NCBI GenBank assembly: GCA_026023565.1
Contig: JAPETS010000013.1
Coordinates: 1 to 64,000, forward strand
Reading direction: 5' to 3'
DNA length: 64,000 nt
From: Cirrosporium novae-zelandiae
Taxonomy: Eukaryota
A program made the translations under genes and the position numbers. Below, one piece after another: positions 10,914 through 22,643 of the stretch (positions are counted from its first letter, which is position 1; each line of letters begins with the position of its first letter). The notes below the pieces were generated by a model that did no database searches, was not told where the DNA came from, and was given only the letters and a program-made list of their open reading frames with translations.

Positions 10914-12209
10914 TTCGAGGGCGGTTATGAGGTCTTTCTCGGGTTGTCGATGTGCCTTCAAATCCAAGGCGGCAGTTTGCTGGATGCGATGGTTGAAAGA
11001 GGGGGAAGTAAATAGTCAAAGAAGACGGTGGAGTGAATAATGATTGGTGGTCAGCTCTTATTAACAGGTGGGTTTTGATCTCAGGTGTCGAATGGCCTCA
11101 GACGGAGATTGGAGAGGCGAAAGGGTCATGAAGCATTGGAAATCCAAGTACCGGCTTGAATGTGGTCCAGTAGAGCAATGAAGATAAAACAGGGAGGTTT
11201 ACGACAGGAAAAGCAGAGAAAGCTATTTTGCGGGGGTGAAAATCAAAAAAGCTATTGGTCTGCTAACTACTGCTTAAAAAAGGGTCAGCTATTGAATTTG
11301 TATGTATGTATGTGGTTGAGATATTGTCATCAAATGGACAATATTGCAATATTGAGGGGACCGCCCGCTACTGGGCTGCTGGAACTAACGATAATGGCCG
11401 CCGTAATGAAGGTAATGGCTGTAATGACCGTAATGGTGGTGGTAATGGTGGTAATGATGGTATTGGCCGTAACGATCCTTACTCGTCAGTGGTCAAGGGC
11501 CAACAGGTTAGGCGCATCTAGCCCCGAAGCCTCTTTATCTTTTATAGCCGCCAATAGCTCCAACAAACCTCAATAGCCCAAGACAAATACAGGACCGTCA
11601 CTTCTATTTGCAGTCAAAGTGGCGCCTATCAAATTCCATTTCCGGTCTTCCTTTGAACCCTCAAGCTTTTCTGGAAATTTTCCATTGCAAATAGTCCAGA
11701 ACATGAAATCAATAACTACCCAGGTACGTATCCTGTTACTTTAGCCATCACAATTTGGGCGCCCACATGTGTATATATATTATACATACGTAAAGGACTC
11801 CTATTTTTCTTGCATGAAGAAGCCATATTTCCAGACTACGCTATTTACAACAAAACCTCGGGTCGCTTTGACTTCAAAGCCCAAAGATCACATGCCTTAT
11901 TGATGCCTGAGGCTATGGGATTTGCCACATCCACCGTTTCAACTTTAACCCTATTTGTATCGGAAACAGTCGTGAGTTCCGAGTTGTGACAGGGAAGCCT
12001 TTTTGTCTATGGATGGTAATCAAAACTAACATTTTTCTTGAATTTTTAAACTAACCGATTTTAAATAAATGCCCATACTTCCCAAATACTCCCTCGAAAT
12101 AGTTGTTAGCCTCTCTAGAAAAAAAACAATTAATGTTGCCATCCTCTTGGCATATTTATTGACGGGTCACTCCTTACATTGGCTATGTGCGTGACTCCTT
12201 GTCTGGTAG

Positions 12210-15198
12210 TTACTTCTTCGTCGGTTTCTTTTCCGCTCCAGAGAGCCAAATCTTCGCTAGGTCTACTCCTGTACCAGCCACTCCCGCTACCCGCTTATCG
12301 GGGGAATGGGGGGAGGGAACGGGGGCGGGAGTGGGGGAAGTCTCTTGTTTGGCTGGATCTGGATCTTGTGGCGGATCAACTTGTATCTGCGGTAGTCCTG
12401 GACGCAGATCTGGTTGCGTTTGTCTTACTGTAGGTAAGCTCCGCCCAACTCTTGTCCCACCTCCTGGCGGGTGCAAATATTGGTTTGCCGCAGGTTGCAC
12501 TGGTTTTGTCTTTGGTTCTCCCATTTCTATAATTCGACGCTGGCGTGAAAGTGATGGCGGCACCACCACGCCCCTCAACTTGGGCAATTCAACATCTGGA
12601 TCCCAACCAGATTGCTTTAGGACATTTTTATAGTGACGTAAAACTTGACTGTTGGATTCATCGCTCATAAAGTCACGCTTTACCTGGAGAAAAAGATCCT
12701 TATGATGAGCAGCAATTTCACGCATGATCCAGAACTCGTCTTCGGTCAAATGTCTTTCCCACCGCTTTTTTTTTCCAGTCCTAAAGCGCCAGATAATATC
12801 ATACTGGTCATCGTAAAGAGCCTGCGTGACTTCTTTATCATCAATAAACTCATGTCCTTCGGGAAGTTCTTCACTTGGACTAAGTGAGCTTTCTCTTTCT
12901 TTGTCTGGTTCGATCTTGACTTCTCTTTGAAGGGCACGCCGAATACTTTCAGGAAAGGCTTTGGCAAATCGTTGGCGCGATTTGGGTGTGGTACCGGCAT
13001 TTTTTTCGATTTTCTGATTCCTGGACATGCCACGTAGAAGCATGATGGAATCATGCACTTTACGCCGCCCGTAAAAAGATACTCGTTGCAGCTGGGCCAC
13101 CATGTTAGGATTTTCAAGTATACGTTTGTCGTTACCACTATAGAACACTTTATCGGGATATATGTAACCGATTTTATCGGCTTGCTGTTGCAACGAGGGA
13201 TAGTTATCAATATACCATGTGTACTGTTCCCTGACACGGTGATAAAGACTGTAGATATCGATGCGTTGAGTGGGGTCATCCTGGCAACACTCCCCGATCA
13301 AGTAAAGGAGTTCAGCTGGATAAGGAAAGGCATTAAATCCAAATCGAGTCCAATCATCCCATAATAGGCCCCAGTGGTCATCATTGTATCTTACCGAACC
13401 AGTAGATTCGAGGACAAATTTTTTCATTATACGACCAAGAGAATACACATCGGCTGCGGGGCCAAACTTCCCCTCAGTGCCTTTATTCCATCTTCGTTCC
13501 TAGCAAGCATTAGCAAATCTACCAGAAAGTGTGGTTTCCATGTCTAACCGGAGCTAGTCCAAAGTTAGCGTAATCATTTCTCAAGTACTCAGAGTACAAC
13601 AACTTACAAACAAAACCTCGAGTTCCCAAGTCCCCGTAATATCTATGCTTAAATTTTGTTGTTGGTTCATGTGACACGGTATATGACAAGCCTAGGTAGT
13701 ATTAATTTATTTCCATGGCTTGTTTTTGAAGTGGAGTATACCAAAATCTGAAACCTTGAGAACAGGGTATTCTGTTGCTGTGTTGCCAGTTTTTGGAGGT
13801 GATAAAAGAACTGTAAATTTATATTAGTTAATCCCAGGTTCACAAATAGCTTCTCAAGCGTACCATTCTCTGGTTTTATATCTCCATGAAAAATTGGTTC
13901 CCAATCTGCAACAGGCTGTTCATCAACACCTCCCCTAGCCATATAACATAATGCTCTAGAGAGGCTCAGGAAAATATGCCAGAGAAATCGCTCTGGGAAT
14001 GCTAGTCTGTATTTCGTTAGTCATATGCAAAAGATCAATCTCAAATCTGAACTGCTTCTTTACCTTGAGCTATAGTAAAGACTTTCGATATCAAAGAGCT
14101 CTCCGCATTCACAAAACTCAGTATACATTCCCACCGAGAAGTCCGGTTTGATAGTCCAGGAATATACGTCGATAACATTTGGGCACCCTACTGCATTCAA
14201 CCGATTGATTAATATAGGTTCGGAGGGATAATCTTTGAAGAATGAGTCAGGACGGCAATCTTTTATAGCAACATATTGCTTAGTCTATTATTTATTAGCG
14301 AGTCAAAAACCTGGGCAGAGGTATTAAAATATACCTTGGTAGCATTGTCCACTTTATACACAAGTCTGACTTTGCCATAAGTCCCTTTGCCAAGAATTCT
14401 AACATCTTTCCAGTCGGAATCTGTACTTGCTACTTCGTCAAAGGATGGTGGTTCTTGATAGTCGTGCTTGATGAGATCCTGCGCGTAATAATTTCGCACG
14501 TTTTCACTAAATCTGCCTTTGTTCTTATACGCAGCTAAACTCTGTCTAAAGCTGGGAGGGATTCCTTTCTGCGTACTACGCCCACGTTTGGGCTGAAAAG
14601 ATGTCGATGGAGGAGTCGATGGGTCCTCCTGGGGGTTTGGTCGACGATTTTGCGTAGGAGCGGTTGGAGGACTCTGTGGAGGGTCCTGTGGATGGTCCTC
14701 CTGGGAGTCCTGCTTTGGGGGGTCTGAAGGTGGAATCGGCTTATGGATACGTGGAGGTACTAGCCTAGCAGTCGGTTGAAGATTTTTCGGGAGAGTCGCC
14801 ACCGCATCCTCAAGGTCAACCATGTCGGAACCTTCTTCAAGCTCTTCAGATTGATTGGGTCCCGGCATATCAGCCATCTCTGTATCAGTTGGGCCAGGCT
14901 CCAAGGCTTCAGCTAGTCCCGGTTGAATAAGTGGGGGGCTGAGCAACCGATCAAATAACGAGACCGGGGGACTACGAGGACGGCGGGGTGGGTGGATCCG
15001 ATTTCTGACTGGTTCATCCCGCCACCTATAGTTTGGCAACCACGGGCGGAAGATCCCTCGAGGTGATAAACTACGAATATTTCTCTTAGACCTCACAAGC
15101 CTAAGGTTTTCTCGCTCTCCTCTTTGGTCCAACTCTGGTATTTGAGTTCGCCTTGGGTGTCGTGTCGGGTCATCATACCGAGGGATGTTGAAAGCCAT
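12210..15198 (-). CDS. Divergent Ser/Thr protein kinase (non-RD) with Pro-rich N- and C-terminal extensions, 7 exons including a 5-nt micro-exon
   Basis: Exons 15198-14335, 14284-14064, 14006-13864, 13810-13742, 13691-13608, 13553-13549, 13499-12210 give LGKGTYG, YVAIK, YTEFC, PERFLWHIF, HGDIKPEN, SDFG, GTRGFVSPE, ADVYSLG, CCQDDPTQR. Confidence 0.88.
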
Positions 15199-15758
15199 TT
15201 TTAGCTCACTAGATTGTCTATCGTAACGAGAAAGTTATTATAAATCTGTCACTGCTAGAGGGAATAAATCATGTCAATAGTTTTCGAGAAACTTGATATA
15301 TAGGGTCCTCATTGAAGACAAAGAGAGTATGCCCCAATTCAAGATGTATAACCACATTCTAATAACAAGGCCGGATGCGGTGATGCCACCAAAGAACAAG
15401 GAAAAGCAGAAAGCGAACGATAATAAATTCTCAGTAAAAATAAAGAAATGGTTTTAAAACCAAACTCATGCATCGATTTTTGCCTTTTCACAACCCTAGT
15501 TGATGAATCATACACGCCAGCCCTATCACATAGATCCCGCGGGGACTATGCTTCCACTGTTCTAGAAGATTGTGTATCAAAAATAACTCTTCATTTATTT
15601 GATACCAAAGACTGTAAAAATATGTCGAATTCCTGCAAGGATGGCTAAGCCTAGCTTTGATGCCCCAAGACTACTTGATCGAATCACAATGAAGCCAGCG
15701 TCATTGCAAATGATTGGGCAACAAAAGGTGGGAAATACTTCCTTAGCAAAAAATAAGT

Positions 15759-16996
15759 TTATGAATTTGCCATGCTCCTCCGTGACTTCTTCGGATTCCC
15801 AGCGCCATCATCCTTCTTCTTCCTACTTGGACGACTGCTTCCACCCTTGGGCCTGTAAGGTTCATCATCACGCTTTCTCTTCCCTCTCGTGGTAGCCGAA
15901 GTAGGTGCTATATCCATTAGAATACCGTCCTCATCGTACATATCCTGCTCGGCTTTCGGAGTTACATTCGAAGCACGTTTGGAACCTCGAGTATTTGATG
16001 GTCTTGTGGTGGATTTTTCGGAAACGACATCATGGTCTTTGATGGCCTTTTCTCTTTCTCTATCTTTTTCCTTCTCCTTTTCCTTCTCCTTCTCTCTTTC
16101 TTTTTCTTTTTCCTTTTCGTGGTCTTGCAGAAACACCTGAGGTTGATGTTTCCTTAGCCAATTATGTACAGAGACCGGATTCCGCATCGCCAGATCCTTG
16201 TCGGTTTCGAATCTCTTGTCACCAGTACGAGTGAAGCTGCTTCGACTATCAAACTTGGGATAGCCATGTCCATTGTTCAATGATTCATCTACATCTGCTA
16301 GATACTTCTCTTCCTCTTGTGGTGTTAGATAGCCGACTGGATTCTCTGCGCCAATATCTTCAGGTAAAATGGCAATAGTCTCCTCAAGTCTAGTATGTGG
16401 AAGGTGCATCAATGCCGCAAGTCGCTTTCTTCGAGGTTTACTATATGTGCGCGATATCGTCTCTTGAAGTCGTTTGTAGGAATTTGGAGACATGTCGCCA
16501 GCATCTACATCAGCTTTGGCTTCTCGTAGAGCTGCATCCGCAGCGGCGGGGCTGTAATCAGCGATGGAGAACTCTTCATCATTTCCTACACCCGAATCAT
16601 TGGCTTCGGGGTTGGTATCGTCAAGCTCGTAGCGACAGGCGGCATTTGTATCGGATGATTCGTTGAGTTCGTCCAGGAGGTCGACTAATTGACTATAGCA
16701 GGATATGAGTTATACGGGCCAGTGTTGCATGACTCAAGGAGACAAACTTGTTCTGCTCCTTCAACCTCCTTGCGATATCCATAGCCTTGTTGTTGTTCTT
16801 GAACAAAGAGCTACTCTCGTTCATTGCGTCATCGAAATTCAGCTTCATCTTGCGATACTTCTTCCTATAGTATCCCAAATGAATTAGCTCATCAAGTGTG
16901 CTATAAATGATGGTCTAGAGCTTCTTACTTCCATGACTTGTAAGTCGCTTTTTGCGGTGCGTCGGTCATTTCCTGATCTTTAGGAGACTGCTCCAT
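15759..16996 (-). CDS. IEC3: INO80 chromatin remodelling complex subunit Iec3-like, 3 exons
   Basis: Spliced N-terminus TYKSWKKKYRKMKLNFD...RLKEQNNQLVDLL, plus GYLTP-EE-YL and NPVSVHNWLRKHQPQVFLQD; introns 16865-16928 and 16693-16747. Confidence 0.85.
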
Positions 16997-17338
16997 GGAT
17001 GATAGAATAAAAGAGGTAGGAACAGTTATTAAGTATAGTTAAGACGGGTGGTATAAATGTAGAACTATAAATTGAATAAAATCTAAAGGACGAAAGTAAT
17101 AAGAAGTGAATGACATGATGGCAGGAGCAGCCGATCAAACTGATGAGATTAAGGTACGTCGGAGTTATGGTGTGCCATTGCCGACGGTGTTCTGGTGTTG
17201 TGGATGCGCGTCGTAGCGTCTCCAGGCGCGCAGGGCAAGGCAATAATTACTGAGTAGCTTACTGTGGTAGACTATCTAGGGACTAACTAGGTGTCAGTGC
17301 TTAGTGGAGTGGTATCACAGTCTTGGCCGAGAATATTC

Positions 17339-17359
17339 AATTTTTCAATTTTGAAAAAA
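17339..17359. promoter_or_regulatory. RRPE-like A/T element upstream of the nucleolar RRM gene
   Basis: aatttttca (reverse complement TGAAAAATT) followed by attttgaaaaaa, about 100 bp upstream of the ATG of a ribosome-biogenesis gene. Confidence 0.4.
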
Positions 17360-17455
17360 CCTCACACTTAACTTGGAGAATCATCTTTAAATCCAAAACA
17401 AAATAACTTACAAATTTATTCTATCTAATAAACATAATACAGATATCTAATCATC

Positions 17456-18643
17456 ATGGCAGGGGATTCTCCCGAAATTCAAACAAAAAAGCGAAAGCGC
17501 TCTACAGATGTCGAAGAAATCGAAATCGACGTCTCGGCCCCAGAACCACCCTCTAAGAAAGCCCTCCGAAGAGCAAAGAAGCATTCCAAGTCTCAATCTC
17601 ACGACGATACCAAAGATGGCTCCGAAAATAAACCTACCACCCAGACTGCCGAAACCGAAACCTCACAAAAACGATCTCCTCATGGTGTCTGGATAGGGAA
17701 CCTGTCATTCACAACCAGCAAAGATGACATACAACAATTCATCATTTCCAATTCTACCGTCACAGAGTCAATGATCACAAGAATACACCTCCCCACCATT
17801 GCAGACCCCGAAGGGAAACGCGCACACTTCCCTAAGAATAAGCAGACACTGAACAAAGGTTTCGCATACGTCGACTTTGATTCAGAAGCAGGTACAAAAG
17901 AAGCCATTGGCCTCAGCGAAAAGTTGTTGGCAGGTAGGAGACTCCTTATCAAAGACGCAAAGAGCTACGTCGGAAGACCCAAGACCACCGCAGACGGCAG
18001 TGCCCACGGAAACTTGAAATCCGAAAAGCCCCCCAGCAAAAGGATATTTGTCGGCAATCTAGCGTTCGACATCACAAAGGAAGACCTCGAGGAGCATTTC
18101 TCCCAATGCGGCAAACTTCATAATGTCCACATGGCTACATTTCAGGACTCAGGGAAATGCAAAGGCTTCGCATGGATTGAATTCGAAGAACTAGAGGCTT
18201 CGGAAGCTGCTGTCAGAGGCTGGATATTAGTCAAGCAAGAAAGTTCTGATTTATCGGACTCCGATGATGACGAGAAAACTGAAAACGAAGAAGAAGATTC
18301 CCCCAATAAGAATAATAAAAGATCCAAACCCAAAAAGCCAAGAAAATGGTTCGTAAATCGACTCAACGGCAGACCCCTACGGATGGAATTTGCAGAAGAC
18401 AAGGCCGTCCGGTATCAGAAGCGCTACGGAAAGAACGGAACGGCAAAGGCTACATCCACCCAGGGGGAAAACGAGACCGCAACAACAACCCCAAATCCAC
18501 AAGACTCTTCGACATCGATATCTCAGTACCAGAACCGGGATACAACCGGCTCAGAAAGACCCACTCGGAAAGCCAATGAGGAAACAATGTATAGAACTGG
18601 AGCTATTGTCGAAGGAACCGGGAAGAAGACAGTGTTTACTTGA
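17456..18643 (+). CDS. NOP13: Nucleolar two-RRM RNA-binding protein (Nop13/Rnp24-like)
   Basis: EIEIDVSAPEPPSKK N-terminus; RRM1 VWIGNL...NKGFAYVDF; RRM2 IFVGNL...GKCKGFAWIEF; C-terminal GAIVEGTGKKTVF. Confidence 0.85.
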   Translation: MAGDSPEIQTKKRKRSTDVEEIEIDVSAPEPPSKKALRRAKKHSKSQSHDDTKDGSENKPTTQTAETETSQKRSPHGVWIGNLSFTTSKDDIQQFIISNSTVTESMITRIHLPTIADPEGKRAHFPKNKQTLNKGFAYVDFDSEAGTKEAIGLSEKLLAGRRLLIKDAKSYVGRPKTTADGSAHGNLKSEKPPSKRIFVGNLAFDITKEDLEEHFSQCGKLHNVHMATFQDSGKCKGFAWIEFEELEASEAAVRGWILVKQESSDLSDSDDDEKTENEEEDSPNKNNKRSKPKKPRKWFVNRLNGRPLRMEFAEDKAVRYQKRYGKNGTAKATSTQGENETATTTPNPQDSSTSISQYQNRDTTGSERPTRKANEETMYRTGAIVEGTGKKTVFT

Positions 18644-19082
18644 TCTGATAATTAATCAAAAAAATAAAAGGAATGGATAGAAGGAACTCTTCCTCTCCAA
18701 GATAGTGGAATTACTCCAAGGGTTTTCGGGACAGATGGACGAGGGCCCTATATTCTTGTTTGTCCGATGGATTTGATAGACTAGCGGCCTTGAAGGGACC
18801 AAGATGGACATGAGACTCGCTAGCCAGTGTAGATGGAATAAATGAAGTGACGATGCATATACGTATTAACCTCCTTCGTGGATGAATGAATGAATCGATC
18901 AATCAAGTTTAATGCAAGCTTTACCTGGTTCCTAGATAACCCAACCCACATACTCTCCAACCCGCATACTCTACATACACTTAGATGAAATACCGATGGA
19001 TAGTCCAATTTTAATATTATCCCAATCCCCTAGCCCCTGTCTCTAATCCCAATGAAATTCCCATCTCAAAAAACCCCTAGTT

Positions 19083-21526
19083 CTAACAAAACCCCTCGTC
19101 CCCACCCCCACCCCCATCAAATCCACTATAAGCCATCCCCAATTCCCCAACCGGCAAATCACCCATTTCACCATCAAACCTCACCTCCAAGAAATCTGGA
19201 TAGCTGACTTCACCCCACATCATCTGGTTGAAGAAGTTCTGGACCTCGGTTTCCGAGGAGAGGGACGGCTGCCATTGCATTGGGAGGGTCGTGGGGAGCG
19301 ATAATTCGGGTTCCGGATGGGGGGGTTGGAGGATGAGGGATGGGTGGGGAAATATGAGGTTTTGATTTGAGATTGGATTTGCAGATGTCGGTATCGGAGG
19401 AGAAGACGATGTGGAAATAGGGGCGATGATCTCTGGCCCAGCGGAGACAGCCATGTCTTTTGGTTTTCCCAGCTCAAAGGCAGTAGTTACCTGAGCCCCC
19501 CCGCCACACCATCTTGCACCTTCGAGTAAGCGTTCCACGAACGCCTTGCTCTTCTTCGCGGCAATACTCCACTCGCCCATGGAATCCAGAAGCTCGACAA
19601 CGCGTTCTGTCTGCGTGATTGCTTTTCTTACTTCCTTTTCGTTCCCTCTATTTGTCTCCGCGAAAAGGGTGACCAGAGGAACCGTGGACGCTTGGAAGAG
19701 AAGCCAGACTCCGTTCCAGCCGGAGATTTGGGATCGCGACCATAGGGCTTCGATGTTAGAGATGTTGTCGGAGGCGATGGTGCGGCAGCGTGTTACGATC
19801 TTGAGGTCGTCAGGAGATGGGGGCAGGTGGGGAGAGAGGGGGGGGTGATTAGGCAGTGAGGAGCGCAAGGCGTCGTTCAAGAGAACGGGACGATGGATAA
19901 GCATGCGGAGATTGTAGTAGCGCCAGGACATTACAGCTCTAGGAGTGCGGACGCGTTCGGGGCAGGACTCATTGGTTTGGAGGAGTGGGGGGAGTCCCTT
20001 GTGCCAACTAATCAATTCGTCGTCAAAGCGGGATATTTCATCAAAGGGGAGCAGAGGTTGTTCGGCCATTCGGTCTTGAATTTTGGTGGCGATGTTGCAG
20101 AATAGGATTTCGTGACGAAGAATCATAGTACAAATGTTGTCGGAGCCTTCAATGGACTGCGAGGTTGTGTAATAAGGATAGGCAACTGTTACGGCAGAAC
20201 CACTGCGACCGAGTGAGGGACGGCCTAGAGTTGTTGAAGCCCATGTATCAAGGCAAAATAGTGACCACCAAGTTCGACGGCGAATTTCGGCTGGGATGGG
20301 CTGGCTTGACAGAGATGATGAAGGGGTAGCGGGAGCAGGGGTTCCTGAGTATTCTCGATGTAGGCCTAACGCGAGAGCCATACGTATGGCAGCTCCCATT
20401 ATAGCGTTGGCCATGTTGGGCCGGCTTTCATAATGAAGATAGAACCCACCCATGAGACCGAGAGCTTGCAAAGCCTCTATATGCCCACTTCCGAAAGTGT
20501 TAAGGTCCAGATATTGTTTGGCCTTGTTGTAGAAGATGATATGTGAGTTGTTTTCGCAGGTACTTGCTGCAATGGTCCCCATTGCAAAAACCATATTCAA
20601 TAACGCGAGCCATGGAGGATCTCGTCGTTCATTTACAAGATAAGTCATACGGAATTGTTGTTCATCGACCATCTATTTGCATGATCAGAAGGCTCACAAA
20701 AGCGAATCATGTTGATACTTACGGGTATAAAAGGGTGTACATTGGCAAAATATGCGTCAACTAATGTCATCGAGCCTTCTGAAGAAGGTAATGATAGTGT
20801 CATGGTATTTAAAGCAGGGGTGTCTGCACAAAAGCCATGGGTAGGGGAATGACACCGTGTAGGCTGATTTGAAATCCGATTTGGAGTTGTAGTCAAGAGG
20901 AATTCGAGAGCGGGAGCAATTTTCCATATAACAGTAAGAGCAGCCGAAACTGAAGAAATACCAACATAAGACGACGTTCGATGAATAGACATGGAAAGGG
21001 CATTAACGTCATCAGGTATCATAGGAAGGCCATTTGATTCGAATCTAGATTCATCCCAATTTGCGCCTTGGCTTGGCTCCTTTTCCAGTGCTTCGAGGCT
21101 TGTACTTTCTTCGGATTTCACAGATGTAGTATGAGGAGAATCATTGGATGACAGACTTTGCTGGACCTTCTGTGATAATATGGTATCAATGAGATCATCT
21201 CGAGATAAAGTGGCAGCATCTTTGATATCAGTACCGGGAAGGAGACGGTTCAGAATGGCTCGTGATTGTTCGAGTGAAGCCTGAAGCTCGTCCAGGACCT
21301 TCTGTGACGGTACAACGCGTGGCTGACGTTTGAAATATTGACATAATTCTGGATGCTTATACCATTGGCAATGTCCACATGGTTGATTTCCATCGCAACG
21401 GATCTTACGTCGTCGGCACTCCTCGCAGGCATGGGCAGTTGAAATTCTTCGACGACCTTTGGCACTTGCCCACTCTGAAGGGGCTTCGCGGGTGGGAATA
21501 TTTGTGGCCTGGAAAGTGTGAAACAT
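19083..21526 (-). CDS. Zn(II)2Cys6 transcription factor with Fungal_trans domain, 2 exons
   Basis: ACEECRRRKIRCDG-QPCGHC...C; YFANVHPFIP joined to MVDE across intron 20673-20722; AIRMALALGLHRE; RRRTWWSLFCLD. Confidence 0.93.
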
Positions 21527-22533
21527 GGAAAATTATTAAAATGGAGAATGACTTAAATCGAGGAGAGTGATGATATGACAAGTTCTGTTGGATCAATCTG
21601 GTTTTCATCTTTTGAGGTCTTTAAAACTTGGTGGAGCTGAAAGATGAGTCTACAGAGGGACATTTAAGACCAGGATAAAATAATGCGGGGAGATTGGGGG
21701 GGAGGTCCAAAGGAACTTAAGAAAATGATTTCGAACGAGACATGAAGGGAGGGTTGCTGGATATCATTACTGTGTATGGTTGCGGACATGTACTATAACG
21801 AAGATTCACCTTCTTTTTTGTTCTTTGAGGACAACTTTTCAGGTTTCCCACCAATCCCAAGATCATTAGATGCCGGCGCATAATACACTCACCATATAGG
21901 TAGGTCCTTTGACCAGGAACGCTACCAAGGATATTAATCACAGACTCGAGTAGTAGCCTTGGATTTTCGCATGGTGTGAGAAGATTGAAAATAGCCTAAG
22001 TCTTGGTGTGCTCTATCCGTATCGTCCACTTTCCCCAATTCCCCGCAATACTCGAAATACCTCCTCGAGTAGGTACAGAAGACGGTATTGATATTCGAAT
22101 TAACCGTAATAACCTGATACAACCTAAGGATGCCACCCCATCCACCCATCCACCCATCATACAAAGTAGGTGCTTACTATGGTAGTTACACACAGTACCG
22201 TACAATTAAATTTTAATTTTACTCAGGGGAGAGAACACGGACCCTTCCCTCGCTTGAACTCCAGATGAAGATCGCCATCATCGTCTCATTCACTCAATCC
22301 ACAATAGAGTAATCTGTAATCTGTAATCTGTAGTTAAGCCTCCCTCTCAATCAACCGAAATCAAAGGGGATTCTCCGATGGTTCAGGGCTAGAGTTTAGG
22401 AAATATTACATTCCTAATTACTATCAATAAAGTATATGTACAAATATCGCTTTGAGCAATAAACTTTACAACAGTCTATACAATCAATCAAGGTAATATC
22501 TATTCCAATTTCAGCTTACATTTCAATAACCAG

Positions 22534-22643
22534 GACACTTTGGCCGAGCGGTTAAGGCGTTCGCCTGCTAGTGATGTTTCGTTTGAAGCATTCATTGTCA
22601 GCGGATATCTTCGGATGCGCAGGTTCGAGTCCTGCAGGTGTCG
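22534..22643 (+). tRNA. tRNA-Ser(GCT) with a 29-nt intron (22571-22599)
   Basis: Acceptor stem GACACTT/AGGTGTC plus discriminator G; A box TGGCCGAGCGG; anticodon stem TTCGC/GCGGA with GCT at 22567-22569; long variable arm TATC-TTCG-GATG; B box GGTTCGAGTCC; oligo-T just downstream. Confidence 0.96.

Noticed and set aside
10914..10967. Non-AUG N-terminal extensions of STE7 (and similarly IFRD, OSH3, RRP4) shown by the ORF track
   Set aside because: The ORF finder accepts TTG/GTG starts; conserved-looking sequence begins at the downstream ATG.
16046..16120. Long CT-rich tract as a separate repeat element
   Set aside because: It is the in-frame (KE/RE)n low-complexity segment of IEC3 on the minus strand.
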